The notes below the pieces were generated by a model that was not told the origin of the DNA, made no database searches, and was given only the letters and a program-made list of their open reading frames with translations. A stretch of 64,000 nucleotides of DNA from Eledone cirrhosa (Eukaryota): positions 217,248,001 through 217,312,000 of the forward strand of contig OZ024742.1 of assembly GCA_964016885.1 (NCBI GenBank), given 5' to 3'. Position numbers and translations under genes: made by a program. Positions 40,561 to 53,161 of the stretch are shown here, piece by piece. How positions within the stretch are numbered: the stretch's first letter is position 1; the number at the start of each line of letters is the position of its first letter.

Positions 40561-41271
40561 TGCTTCAAGAAGAGTTTCAAGATTATTCATGCCAATTTTT
40601 TTCTTAAAGAACTGAGCAACTGTTGTTTGCTTCTAACCCTACCAAAGAAAATTTTACCAATATTTCTAGCAAGTGAGTTGAAAAATATTCCTCTCAATCT
40701 CCTCAGACTGGAAATGCCTTCCAAAAGTTATAGGCACTGTCCCTTTTCAGATTAAATATATATTTCTAAATATAGGTACAAAATTTGAGGGAGATATAGA
40801 AAGGGTTGGAGACAGGTAGAGCATCAGGCTGTAAAATACTGACTCAAAAAAGGACCACATGATGAATATGAAGTCTATCATGGGGCCCATGACAGTAACA
40901 GGGAAAATAACCTTAAAATGCATGGTGTTGTATAGTACTAAACTGATATTTATTTTATCAACCCGAAAAAGATGAAAAGCAGGATTTACACTTAGAGTAT
41001 AAAGGGACATCACTAAATACTGCACACATTTTGGGGGGGGGGGGGGGGGGGGGCTCTACTGATTTTGCGATCCTCAGATTAAATAATAAAGAAATATATC
41101 AACACATATCGACTAAGGAAACAAGAAATACAAACATATCCCAACTATGTTTTAAAAAATAAAATTTAGAACCAGCATGATACAGAAACAAAATATTCTG
41201 CTACAAAGGCTTTTGGAACTCAATGGCAGGGGGGGGGGGGACTAAAAATAGAAGATATAATGGTTTCTTAC

Positions 41272-41315
41272 ATTCATGGCCTCCAAGGAAAAGTTCTCCT
41301 TCAAAAACTTGATCA
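41272..41315 (-). CDS. MBTPS1: Site-1 protease exon (DQVFEGELFLGGHE)
   Basis: 44 bp, AG/GT boundaries, phases fit both neighbours; matches S1P DGLYEGEFTLANHD. Confidence 0.88.
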
Positions 41316-41534
41316 CTATAAATGAAGAAAAAAAAAAAAGAAAAAATAACAATTTGTTTCTTTACCAATGATATAAATTTTATATAACTTGAGAAAGAAT
41401 ACTCAAAACATTACTACCCAATGATATGAGCCAAGACAGTGTGGAAGACTCTCTGGCATATCGAACCCCAAACCACCACATGGTCCCAGCGGACAAATTG
41501 AAGGAAGCGTTACCCGAGAGGATAGTGTAGGAGA

Positions 41535-41938
41535 TGCACTGAAATAATAATTGTTTCTACTATTGGCACAAGGCCAGCAATTACCAGTACATTACTGGTA
41601 CTTTATTTTATCGACCCCCGTAAGGATGAAAAGCAAAGTTAATCTCGGCGGGAGTTGAACTCAGAATGGGAAGGGCCGTAACTCTATGCGTCAAAGCATG
41701 CCGTCCAACCCTCTACCGATACTGCCAATTCACCACCCATGCACTGAAATAATAATTGTTTCTACTTTTGGCACAAGGCCAGCAAATATCCCAGTGTATT
41801 ACTGGTACTTTATTTTATCGACCCCGTAAGGATGAAAGGCAAAGTTAACTTCGGCGGGATTTGAACTCAGACCATAAAGGGCCGTAACTCTTTGCTGCAA
41901 AGCATGGCGTCCGACCCTCTACCGATACTGCCAATCCA
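41535..41938 (-). mobile_element. Tandem dimer of a tRNA-derived SINE
   Basis: Two ~200-bp diverged direct copies with a B-box GAGTTCAA on the minus strand; a related copy lies at 34610-34750 (+). Confidence 0.7.
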
Positions 41939-43101
41939 AATTTCAGGGGTAAAGAAACACAGCTTACTAATACAGTGTTGCTTTATACAAAACAAATTCT
42001 TTGGGTAAAGAGACACAGTTTGCTGACAGTGTTGTTATTGTTCCTGGCTTTGGCTCTTATTTATATTTAAAAACTTCTTATTGGAAGTAATATGGGAAAA
42101 AACTGTCCATTTTTGCACTAGCAATTTCACATGACAAAGCATATGTGTGAGAATGCTACTACTGTTGTTGTTGCAAACAAAGTCCTTATTATTTTCTTTT
42201 GAAAGATATATCTGTGTGATATACCTGCATCCATGTTCTTTTTATATTGTACAGTTTTTACAAAGATATTTCAGTTTTACTTAGAAAGGGTAAATCTTTG
42301 TGTTGCCACCATGTTAAAAATATGACATAAATTAAACCATGTCAAACTAAAGAACAATTTTAATAAAATGACCTATTGCTCTAAAGAGGCAAAAACAAAT
42401 ATCAACAATCTAAACTATAATAAAGTAAGAAGCGCGGGATTGCGTACGGTTTATAATTTTTTTATCCCCTTAGTAAAATAAGTTGGATTACTTTGAATAA
42501 ATAATGAATATTACATAATTCATCTACTAAATTTTGTGGCTGTTCATTAAATATATTTTATTACTTATTTAAAGATTCACTTCTTTAAAATTTTCAAATG
42601 TCAACACTTCCGGTTAGTGATGGTTTAAATAAATATTCATATATTTCTGTCACTAATTTTCTCCTAATGCAGTTTATATATAATATCGTCTTTTTTTAAT
42701 GTATCATGGATTACGTTACTGATTACATAAGACAGTGTAACGCAGTCTTCGTTCAATTTCTGTTTATATTGTCAATTACGATTTTATTTGATCATATCTA
42801 CATGCATATATACTTGCGTATAATATCAATATACACACTACACATGATAGCAGAAAACCGCCGAAAGGGTGGTTTTTCTGCTAGTTAATATAAATATTCC
42901 TTAACTCTGCAATGGTACACAAAATGTTAAATACATAGAGCTTGGTTTCTACAGCTGGTTGGCATTAGGAAGGGCATCCAGCTGCAGAAAGTAAGCCAAA
43001 ATCAGTTCTGTATGAGCAAGACATGGTCACCTGACCTGGCATTGCCCACAACAGGACAACTCCTGTCTAACCCATGCTAGCGTGGAAGATAGACGTTAAA
43101 C

Positions 43102-43135
<34 letters not shown>

Positions 43136-43938
43136 CCTCCAAGGAGGAATATAACACAGCCTTGTATTATTATAGTTTTGTACATCATATTTTATGTCAA
43201 TTATTACCTCAGAAATATGTCCTTTATTACACAAATCGCATAGAGGCATGGAAAAGTCCTCTCTAACATTCTCCAAGGTTCCCAATAGTGGAAACGTGTG
43301 GCCTAGTGGTAAGGATGTTGAACTTATAATCATGATATTGTGGGTTTGATTCCTGGGCTGGGTTGCATGTTGTGTTCTTGAGCAAAATACTTCATTTCAC
43401 GTTGTTCCAGTATACTCAGCTGAAAATGAGTACCAGCAATAGCTAGGGGTTTAACCTTGCAATGGACTGTCCAGGGGAAGTCTTATACTCTCAGTTGCAT
43501 CACACCATGAAACCGGGATAAGCACCGGTCTACCGAGCATTAAATGGCTTAAGACAGACTTTAGACTTGCATTGTACCAGTTTCCAAGACATAACACTTT
43601 TTCATTATTGTATTAAAGTGGTATATTCCATCATAATTTGTATCCTTAACAAAATCCTCAAGCAGAATCAGCATGACATATTTTGTGTGAAACAAAGCTG
43701 CACCTTTGAATTACAGGTACAATCCAACTGATGGGTTTCCACAGAATTTCTATTTACAGTTTCATTCACAAAGCTTGGGCCAAACCAAATTGTCATGCAG
43801 TGTCCCACCCTTGCAAGCAGGGAAAAGCGGATGTAAAATGATGATGATGATGGGATTGACTCTGCAACCTTATCATTGAATAGTGCTCTTCTTAACTACT
43901 CAGCCATGCACCCACATTTAAAATACACACATATGAAG

Positions 43939-44282
43939 GCACATGGCTTAGTGGTTAGAGCATTGGCCTTGCAATCAAAAGGTTGTGAGTTCAATTCTCA
44001 GACCGGGTGATGTGTTGTTTCCTTGAGCAAGACAGTTTATTTCACATTGCTCCAGTTTACTCAGCTGTAGAAATGAGATGATAGGGACTGGGGTCCATAT
44101 CATTCCACTGCAAAGTGGTCGTGGAGGTGCCATGGCAAAAAAGCACCCAGCACTCACTGTAAATGAGGTTGGTGTTAGGAAGGGCATCCAGCTGTAGAAA
44201 TCAAGCCAGAATCAGTTCCCGTCCCACCCTTGCAAGCAGGGAAAAAGCGAACGTAAAATGAAATGATGATGATGAAATGATG
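43939..44282 (+). mobile_element. tRNA-headed SINE with RTE-derived tail
   Basis: Near-identical to 33794-34110; ends ~20 bp from an MBTPS1 splice donor. Confidence 0.8.
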
Positions 44283-44300
44283 ACATAAGCATTTTCTTAC

Positions 44301-44381
44301 CTAAACATCATTCCTAATGGGGCTAATAAATCATTAATGGCTGGAATATTTGCACCACCTGTGTCAGGCATCCACCATTGT
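44301..44381 (-). CDS. MBTPS1: Site-1 protease exon ([26 protein letters not shown])
   Basis: 81 bp, AG/GT boundaries, diagnostic [14 protein letters not shown]. Confidence 0.95.
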
Positions 44382-46699
44382 CTGCAATATAAACATTCCC
44401 AGAATGAGAAATGAAATTGTAAAAAATTAGTCAAGTTAAAAACATTGAATTAACATGATTTTAAAAATGCAACAAATGTGTAGAAATGTTACATATATAT
44501 ATATATATGTATACATACACAAACACACACATATGTATATGTCAAATAGTGTCTTTTGTTTTCTGAGGTAATTTGGTCAAGTGAAAAAAGTTTCAAGTGT
44601 TTTAAGCTAGCTAGCAATATTTAGGTTAACTGATTAACTTTTAACATCCTGTACTGCAGGAAACCACATTAGCAGGTCATTCTTGATAAGTACAAAGCAG
44701 CATTATGACTGCATCAGCAAACTTTCACAATCTCTCCACAAGTAAAGATACTATAAACATTTGAATTAACAAATCTGTCTTCAGACATTTTGAGCTGAAC
44801 AATTGTTAAGAATTAAGTTTACAAGTAGCATAGAAAAACATGGAATCAGATAGTTTAACCCTTTGGGTAGCAATCCATTTGAGACTGTCCCTTGCTTTCA
44901 TGTTATCAGCCTGGTTGAAATCACTCTTATAAAAGTCTTCATATTGAAATTAAAATCTCCACGAAATTCAATATTACATGAATGGTATATATGAACTTGA
45001 GGGAAAAATTACATACAAGATCATTTTGTTAATTTGTATTCCAAACACCAATATTTTTTTTCTCTTTTTAAGGCAGACTTAGTGGTTAGAGAGTTAGATT
45101 CACAATTATAAGGTTTTTTAGTTCAATTCCTAGGCTGGGCAATGTGTTATGTCCTTGAGCAAGACACTTTATTTTATGTTGCCCATTCTACCAGGAATTG
45201 TAACCAGTAGATAATATCAACAATTGGAAAGGCCAATGGAAACGTTGTTTCTTAAGTTTGATCGGATGAGTTCCACCCTGCTCAGTAAGCGAATGAGGTC
45301 TGGGATCTTGTTGATTCGGATCATTTAAGTTACTACTATTTTACTAAACTCCAATTCCAATTTATAAAATGGATGAAAACACATAGGCAGTTTATTCTAG
45401 CTAGAAAAATAATCTCAGAAGGTTTATACTGTAATATATAAACATGCCACTACCCAAGAATGTGAATTCAGTCTGCTACATGAGAAGTATTGCTATAGGT
45501 CTTAAATGTTATATAGTGAAAGAATTCAGGTATGAAATTAGTGTTAAGCAGGTGAGAGAGAACTTTATCCCTGAATGAAATACCCGTCTATCACAGGTAA
45601 TATTTCCAGATGACCTTATAGTTCTTATACACAAAAAAATATAAGAGATTTGTGGAGAATTAGTCAGGAATGATTGTAGCTTAGAGTGTCTCAGGATATG
45701 TGTATTAACAAAACAGCAAAAATAGTATTAATTCAAACCAAATATCAATGAGGTATTATTTCTTGATGATTACAGTAATATGTTTCAAATAATTGTCTTA
45801 AAAGTAAATCTAGCATAATGGTTTTATTGTTAAATAATGATTTCTAATATAAGCAGAAGGCCAACAATTTGTGGGGAAAGGAAAATCAATTACATCGATC
45901 CTGGAAGGATTAAAGGCAAAGATGACCTCTGTGAGATTTGAACCTAGAATGTAAAAGGCTGTAACTACTGTATATATTCGAATATAAGTCGATCTGAATA
46001 TATGATGACCCCACCCCCATTTTATGTCTTACAAATAAGCAAAAATCCAAACACCATTTATAAGCCAAGGCAACTAATCAACACATTATGCTTAGATGGT
46101 GTGGTTTTGAAATTCTCATGAATGGAGAATATATTTATGACATTTTAATATTTTGATATATAAATGTTTTAAGTGTCGTTTAGAATATAGTTTGTTTCAC
46201 AAATCCATTACGTAATGATTTTTACAAACTTCTGACTGTTTTGAAGGCCGTATTCATTGAGAACATATAAAAAAACAATATGAAATATGAATTTCACCCC
46301 GAAAGTGAAACTGACATAATATTCACATTTATATAGAATTTTTAAAGTTGGTGAAAATCAGCAAAATATTGACCTCAAACATAAGCTGAACCCTCCCCCT
46401 CCCCATTTTAACATTTTTTTGTCATATTTCTTGGCGTATATACTAGTATATATGGTAAATGCTGCAAAGCATTTTGTCCAATGCCCTAAGGATTCTACCA
46501 ATCCAGAAGCCATTGTTTTTTTGTTAAATATTTAACAATGGTGAAATAGATATCTTGTAACATTGATACATTAGCATTTCTGTTAACAATAGCACAGAAA
46601 AAAGGAGAGAAAAACAAGAGGGAAAAGAAAGACAAAAAATACAAATGGAAATATACATGCCAAATTTGAAAATACTTCGTCATTTTAAACTAACAAGGA

Positions 46700-47410
46700 C
46701 ATAGTCAGAAAGTGATCTCCAAATTACACTGGATAGGTTTGATGCCAAGTGCTGCATAACTGGAATGAAAATCAGTGCTGCAAAAACACTCGTCCTCTTA
46801 AGGAAGCCTGCACAGTGCACGCTACATGTGAATGGAGTTCCACTGAAGCAGGTAGAGAAGTTCAAGTATCTCGAGACCGTGTTCATGAGTGATAGAAGAC
46901 AGGAGGCTGAATTAAGTGCAAGAATTGCAGGAGTTGGTGCAATAATGAGCATTCAATTCGGTATTTGTGCCAACCCTTACCTATGGTCATGAATCTTGGG
47001 TAATGACCGAAAGAATATGATCGCGAATAGAAGTGGCGGAAATGAGGTTCCTCCGAAGGATCTTTGGAGTAACGTTACCCAGAATGCGTGGCTCAGAGAT
47101 CAGAGAGCGACTCCAGGTAGAGCCGCTACTTCTCCGAATTGAGAGATCACAGCTCCGATACTATGGGCATGTGGTTAGAAATGTCTCAGGAAAGTATCGC
47201 TGGACAGATTTTATGGGCAAAACCAACCTGCAGGAGACCCAGAGGTAGACCCCAAGCAAGATGGTTGGATAACATACATAAACTTGGCTGGTCTCGCTTG
47301 GGAATCCAGCCAGATCTGTTGGAGATGGTTGCGTCTGACAGGACCTGTTAGAAGATGCGTTTGAGGACTGCCTCCATGACCCTCTCAAAAATAATTGGAC
47401 GAAGGATGAA
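46700..47410 (+). mobile_element. 3' remnant of a second LINE family (RTE-like)
   Basis: VEKFKYL..EMRFLRRI..QLRYYGHV..GRP motifs. Related pieces at ~52380-52950 (-) and ~57960-58190 (+). Confidence 0.75.
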
Positions 47411-47790
47411 AAAAAAGCCCTCAGACTCTGACAATATTTTTCTTCTATTACCCTAGAACAATGCACCTCAGTACTAAACCCTTACCCTCAACATCAACAA
47501 AGCTTTTGACCATGTATACCAAACAAATCTATAATAATAGATGCTCTGGCAATGATAAAAAAAACACATATATATAACTAAAACAAAAGACTTACAAATA
47601 TATACAGCTTACAGTAAAAAAACACTACTAGGCACTGCACACACAATATGAAAAGTACTATCAATACAATAGAAACATCAGTAAAAACTACACTGCTCAT
47701 ACCCAAGGCATACAGAGCTGTGCTCGGTAAAGCAGTAATGATTCACAATAAAAATAATAATAATATAATATTAATAATAATAATAATCAC

Positions 47791-47947
47791 CGAGTATTTT
47801 CATCATAGAATTTCACTTTCCTCATCACAGATACATTATACCAATCAGCAAAAACAATGAGAGATAAACCATTATCAATGTCTCGTTTCAATTTTGTGAC
47901 TTCTCCTGGAAAATATTCTTCTTCAGCATCCACCACAAGAAGAGTTC
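47791..47947 (-). CDS. MBTPS1: Site-1 protease exon ([17 protein letters not shown]...VKFYDENTR)
   Basis: 157 bp, AG/GT boundaries; matches S1[30 protein letters not shown]. Confidence 0.96.
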
Positions 47948-50442
47948 CTAAAACACATAGGGTTATATATTTATAAATATGATACTTCTTGCTCATGCTT
48001 TCTCTCCCTATGTCCCGATACATACTTCCCATTCCCCACTCTCCTCCACAACATGCCCCATGCACAAATTTATCCCCCAATTCTGCTTTATGCCCACCTA
48101 TGCCAGCATGGAAAGTCTTGCTCACCCCACTCGAGAATACAGCCAGACGTCACTCACTTACCCTAAAGACACCACACCCCTCCCTCTAGTAACAGGAAAC
48201 CTGAATCATGTGCTCATTCCCAACCTCCTTCAACTACATCCTATCACTATCCTCCTAGCCTAGCCAATGTCATGGGTGCACTAGTATTGAAATGTGGTGG
48301 TACTGGTACCACAATAAAATGCACTCAGTATTCAGCTCTTACTGGAAGGTGGAAGTGCTGGTGTCATGATAAAATGTACCCAGCCTACTCTACAAAATGG
48401 TAGATCTGATGCCACGAAAAAAAGCACCCAGTCCACTTTGACAGTGGATGTACCATGAAAAAATAAACCCAATGAACACTATGAAGTGGTTGGCATTAGG
48501 AAGGACATCCAACCAAAAAAACCATACCAAAATGGAATATATGAGAAAGATATAGTCGTCTGACCAGCCTATCAAGCCTTTGAGCATGACAGTTTTCTCT
48601 CTGGCACACTACATCAGATTACTTTTAATGCCAGATTTTCTCTCAGCTCGTCTAGGTGCTAAATTTCTTTCCCGCTGTGATACATTGTCCACCTTCAATG
48701 CCCATAACAAAAACTAACAAAAATCGATCTAAGTGACCAATTATCGATTACCAACTATGAAATGGTACCATAAGGAAAATAAGAATCACCTTAGAGTATG
48801 TATTTTTCCTAAATATTATATGCTTTATATATTTATGTACAAAATACTGTGTGTTTCTCAAACGATATATGGCTCTTTCTCTCTCTCTATATATATCTTT
48901 TAATTTGAATTGTCGTTGTTCTGGACAAACATCCATTGAACTTTTCTACTGAGAAACATAATCATACATATCATATATGTTATGATACCTTAAATTAATA
49001 TATTAACAACTCCTTTAGTGTAGAGTTGATTTAAACGTTTTTTTGGTTGCTATTTCAAGTGTCATTATAAGCTTGTCACATTGTCCTAATATATAGAGAG
49101 AGATTTGTTCATTTAGTTGTTCAACAAAGCAACACGTTGAACAGCATGCAATTTTGACAATGAAATGGTATGTATACTTTATGATCAATATCTCCTCAGA
49201 AAAAAACGAATTCTTCCAGTATTGGTTATTCCAATGATTTGAAATACCTGGTACTGTTTCTATCATGTTTGAAACCATGGTAGGAAGGCGTTTATATGAG
49301 TTAGACAATCTTATTTTAGTCTGTCTGACTTATACTCCCCTAATAGAGTTTTTTGGCCTAAGTTTAATATGTTAAATTACTTCTCTGGGTGACATCTTAT
49401 CTGTATATTTTATCCATTCATTGACATGTCTAAGCATTAGAGACAAATAACCTTTTAATTAATATATATATACAGTGAAATAACTATAAAACCACTTGTT
49501 GCACGTTCAAATCTTACTTCAGCTATGGTGATGAAAAGCCTGGTATGAGTATATTTGATCTTGTTTGCCTGGCTGACAAAGGAAAAGTTTTAATTCCATT
49601 TTAATTGTTGTTTAGCCTGAAACCAACTGTGACTATATATCATTACTCAGACACAGTGCACTCAAGACCACAAAATCATGTGTATCTTTTCTTAGGTGGT
49701 AGAATGTGATTTGAGGGAAATTTTGTTCTTAATTCTAGTAAATCAAGCAATCATATTGAGGTTCTCTCCTTAACTCAATTGGAGGCGATAGAGTAAAATG
49801 AATTACTACAATATGAAACAATGAAATAGCTTGCAAAAAATTGCATCCCAAACTTCCTCAAATAACACACTACCATCTTAAAAAGGGAAAGACATACTAC
49901 AAGAATTGGACAGGTTTCATGGCAAATCATGGGTTAGGTGGGTTTCGCAGCATCATGCCCCTTGTCATTGTACTTTGTCTGGTACATACAACAAAGAAAA
50001 CCACTAATCTCCATTATTGTTAGTGTCCTTTTGGCATGGCTTTTACAACTAGATGACCTTTCTATCACCATACATTTTACAGCATACACTATGTGCATTA
50101 TATTGTGCCACCAGGATTAGAGAGTTTGTTTGTGACAGACTAAAGAGTCCCCTCTAGTCCCTATCAGTTTTTATTCAGATTCACTGCTCTCCCTATCGTT
50201 TTTGTTTGTTCTTCCCTTTATTTCTGTTATTTTTTGCAGCCGGATGCTCTTGCTTATTACGAATTACTTAACAGCATGGACTGGATGCATACCACCTGCA
50301 GTAAAGAGTTCCTACAGCAGACTAGGAGTTCCCTCTACTCTGTATTAGTTTATATAGGATCATATATTTGTAATAAGTATTTTATATGCAATCTATATAC
50401 TGTAAAGTTTGCTTGAGCACAAATATTTCTATAAACACTCAC

Positions 50443-50478
50443 CATATTGACTGGCATCAAAACAAGTATACGGTGATC
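50443..50478 (-). CDS. MBTPS1: Site-1 protease micro-exon (GSPYTCFDASQYG)
   Basis: 36 bp, AG/GT boundaries, phase 1-1; matches S1P GAPFTCFDASQYG. Confidence 0.92.
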
Positions 50479-52034
50479 CTGTGTGAGGAAAAAATAGAAA
50501 ATGAAACAAGAAACTATATTTACACATACTTGTTTATACAATTTTTTTTAAAGTGGCATTAGCATGAATTTCCCATGAAATTTCCAAATCAAATAATATC
50601 CTAAATTTAATATTTAAATTAATTCAAAATAAGTTCTTTTTAAATCAGCTATTGATAGAATTTAACATAGCAGGCTAAACTTTAATGGTCTAATATAGGG
50701 ACGTGCAACAGGCGGACCACGGGCCACAATCCAGCCTGCCAGACCAGTCAGAGTGACCCGGGATGACCGTTTTTAATTTTTACCTTGTGGGCTTATTTAG
50801 AATTTTTTTCCGTAACCATAATACAATTTTCTGTTAGTTGACCTATACCAAATACCAAGTCTCACATTAATAAAACTAAATTATATTTTATTGGTCTTTA
50901 TTGTTTAAAAATGTATTTACAATGTATTTATGACTCAATTCACTGGTTTTCATTAGATTCCATATTTTTGACAGTGACTGGCCCTAATAGTTGTTCCAAT
51001 GTTCAAAAGTGGCCCGCCAATGGAATATGTTGCACACGAAAGAAAGAAAAAAATACAGTCCATGCTATAATGTGGTCGTGTAGGTAACACGGTAAAAAGC
51101 TCCCAGTCCACACTGTAAATGTGGTTGGTGTTTGGAAGGGCATCCAACCGTAGAAAACCTGCCAGATAGTCCTATATGAGTGAGACACGGTCACCTTACC
51201 AATCTTGCTTCAAATGGGACAACTCCCGTCTAACCCATGCTAGCGTGGAAAATGGACGTTAAACAATGATGATGATGACCCCTGGTCTAATATAATCACT
51301 GAGTGAAAATGAATTAGGTACCTGTTATATATTTTACCAACCTACTTGTGCTTGGACTATTCACAAATCAATATGATTTCTATACTGAAGTTTAGTAACT
51401 GGATAAATTTTATAACCAACTCTGCTTGCTACTTTTTTTTACCAATACTAACAATTATTACTAATTATTAGTGATAATGCTTTTAATTAAAATATTTATG
51501 ACTGAATAATATTTGCATAATATTGTGACCAACTAACAAGACAAGGAACCATAACCTTCCACTAAAATGTAAGAAAACACTGTCATTGAGGGCAAGTATA
51601 CAGTATACATAGGAAAAAACATTTAAATATACATTATGAGAAACTCAGTGTTTATCACTCATAACTTACCACAAAAGATAATCTATCTTATCTTCATCAT
51701 TTAACATCTTATCTTCCTGATAGCAAAGGACTTTAATATGAAATGAAATTTACAGCACCCACCTATGCAAACTTAGCTAACCTTCTAGGTTACATCCTAT
51801 AGGAGGTTTCTCAAGTGTTTTAATGATAGGGACTGCAGATCTATCATGCAAAGCAACATGAAATGAAGTGTCTAGCTCATGAACAGAACAAGTCTAAAAC
51901 TAACTACTAGACTATTCAGCTTCACAATTTTAATATGGACTGCTTTTGATAATTTATTCCATAAAACAGTGTTACTATTAAACAGACACAAAAGAGAACA
52001 AAAGACAATATTGAAAAGAAAAAAAATATCTCAC

Positions 52035-52114
52035 CTAATACTTCTACAAAATACCCATTATTTCTTAAGTGTTGGTACATATCTTTGAAGTTGGTGTGTA
52101 TGTGGTCCCCATTC
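52035..52114 (-). CDS. MBTPS1: Site-1 protease exon ([27 protein letters not shown])
   Basis: 80 bp, AG/GT boundaries, conserved S1P motif. Confidence 0.95.
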
Positions 52115-53161
52115 CTTGAAAAATAAAAACATAAGAGGATAAAATTAATAAATGACAAGGAATAGTATTTTAATGTATGCCATTTCAATCATTTTACATA
52201 AACTGAGTGTACAAAAGCATGTTTCATTACTTAGAAAACAACTAGTCTTGAATTTAGTCTTTATTCCTGATTGCCATTAAAGAAACAAAACAGAAGATAA
52301 TAAAAGTGGCACAAGAACACTAAGAACACTGATATGATACTGTCAACCAAACTTAGTACTACTTCTCTTTTTCTTCACCAACTTATTCTTGGGAGGGCTG
52401 TTGGGGCAGAATCCCCAGACACCTTCCAGAGGGTCCTGTCAGAAGCAACCATTTCCAAATGATCTGGCTGATCAAACAAGCTCATGAATATTATGCAACT
52501 ATTTTGCTCATGGTTTACCTCTAGGTCTCCTGCCAGTTAGCTTCATCCGCAAAATCTGTCCAGTGATTCTTTCTTTAGACATTCTAACTACATGTCCATA
52601 ATATCACTGCTGTGATCTTTTGATGCAGAGAAGTAGCAGGTCTACCTGGAGCGACTTTGAGATCTCCAAGCTACACACCCTATCAAGTAACATTTCTCCA
52701 AAATCCTTCAGAGAAATCCCATTTCAGCCTTGTGTTTTTAGGATCAAATTCTTTGGTCATTACCCAAGATTCATGACTATAGGTAAGAGTAGGCATGGAT
52801 ACCAAATTGAAGACAGCGAATTAGGTTTTTAATCCCACCCCCCTTCTACTGATGACCAAGTGCTGAAGCTCCAGCAATTTTTGCATTTAATTCAACATCT
52901 TGGTTTCTATCACTTTTGAAAATGGTCCTTAGATACTTGAACTTCTGCTTTAGAGTAACTTCTACTTGCTTGTTAAAATGTATCATTACAAAACATTTTG
53001 GAGGTTGGATCTTTTATAAAATTATAAAGACATCATTTAGTCTTAACTCGCAAGGTTACCCAACTGTGACCATCTTATCTTTTCTCTCAAATGCAGTGTA
53101 TCCAGGACATTATCCAATGTTTCCTTTTTTAAGAGAGAAGGGTGTGATTCAGGGTAGATTT

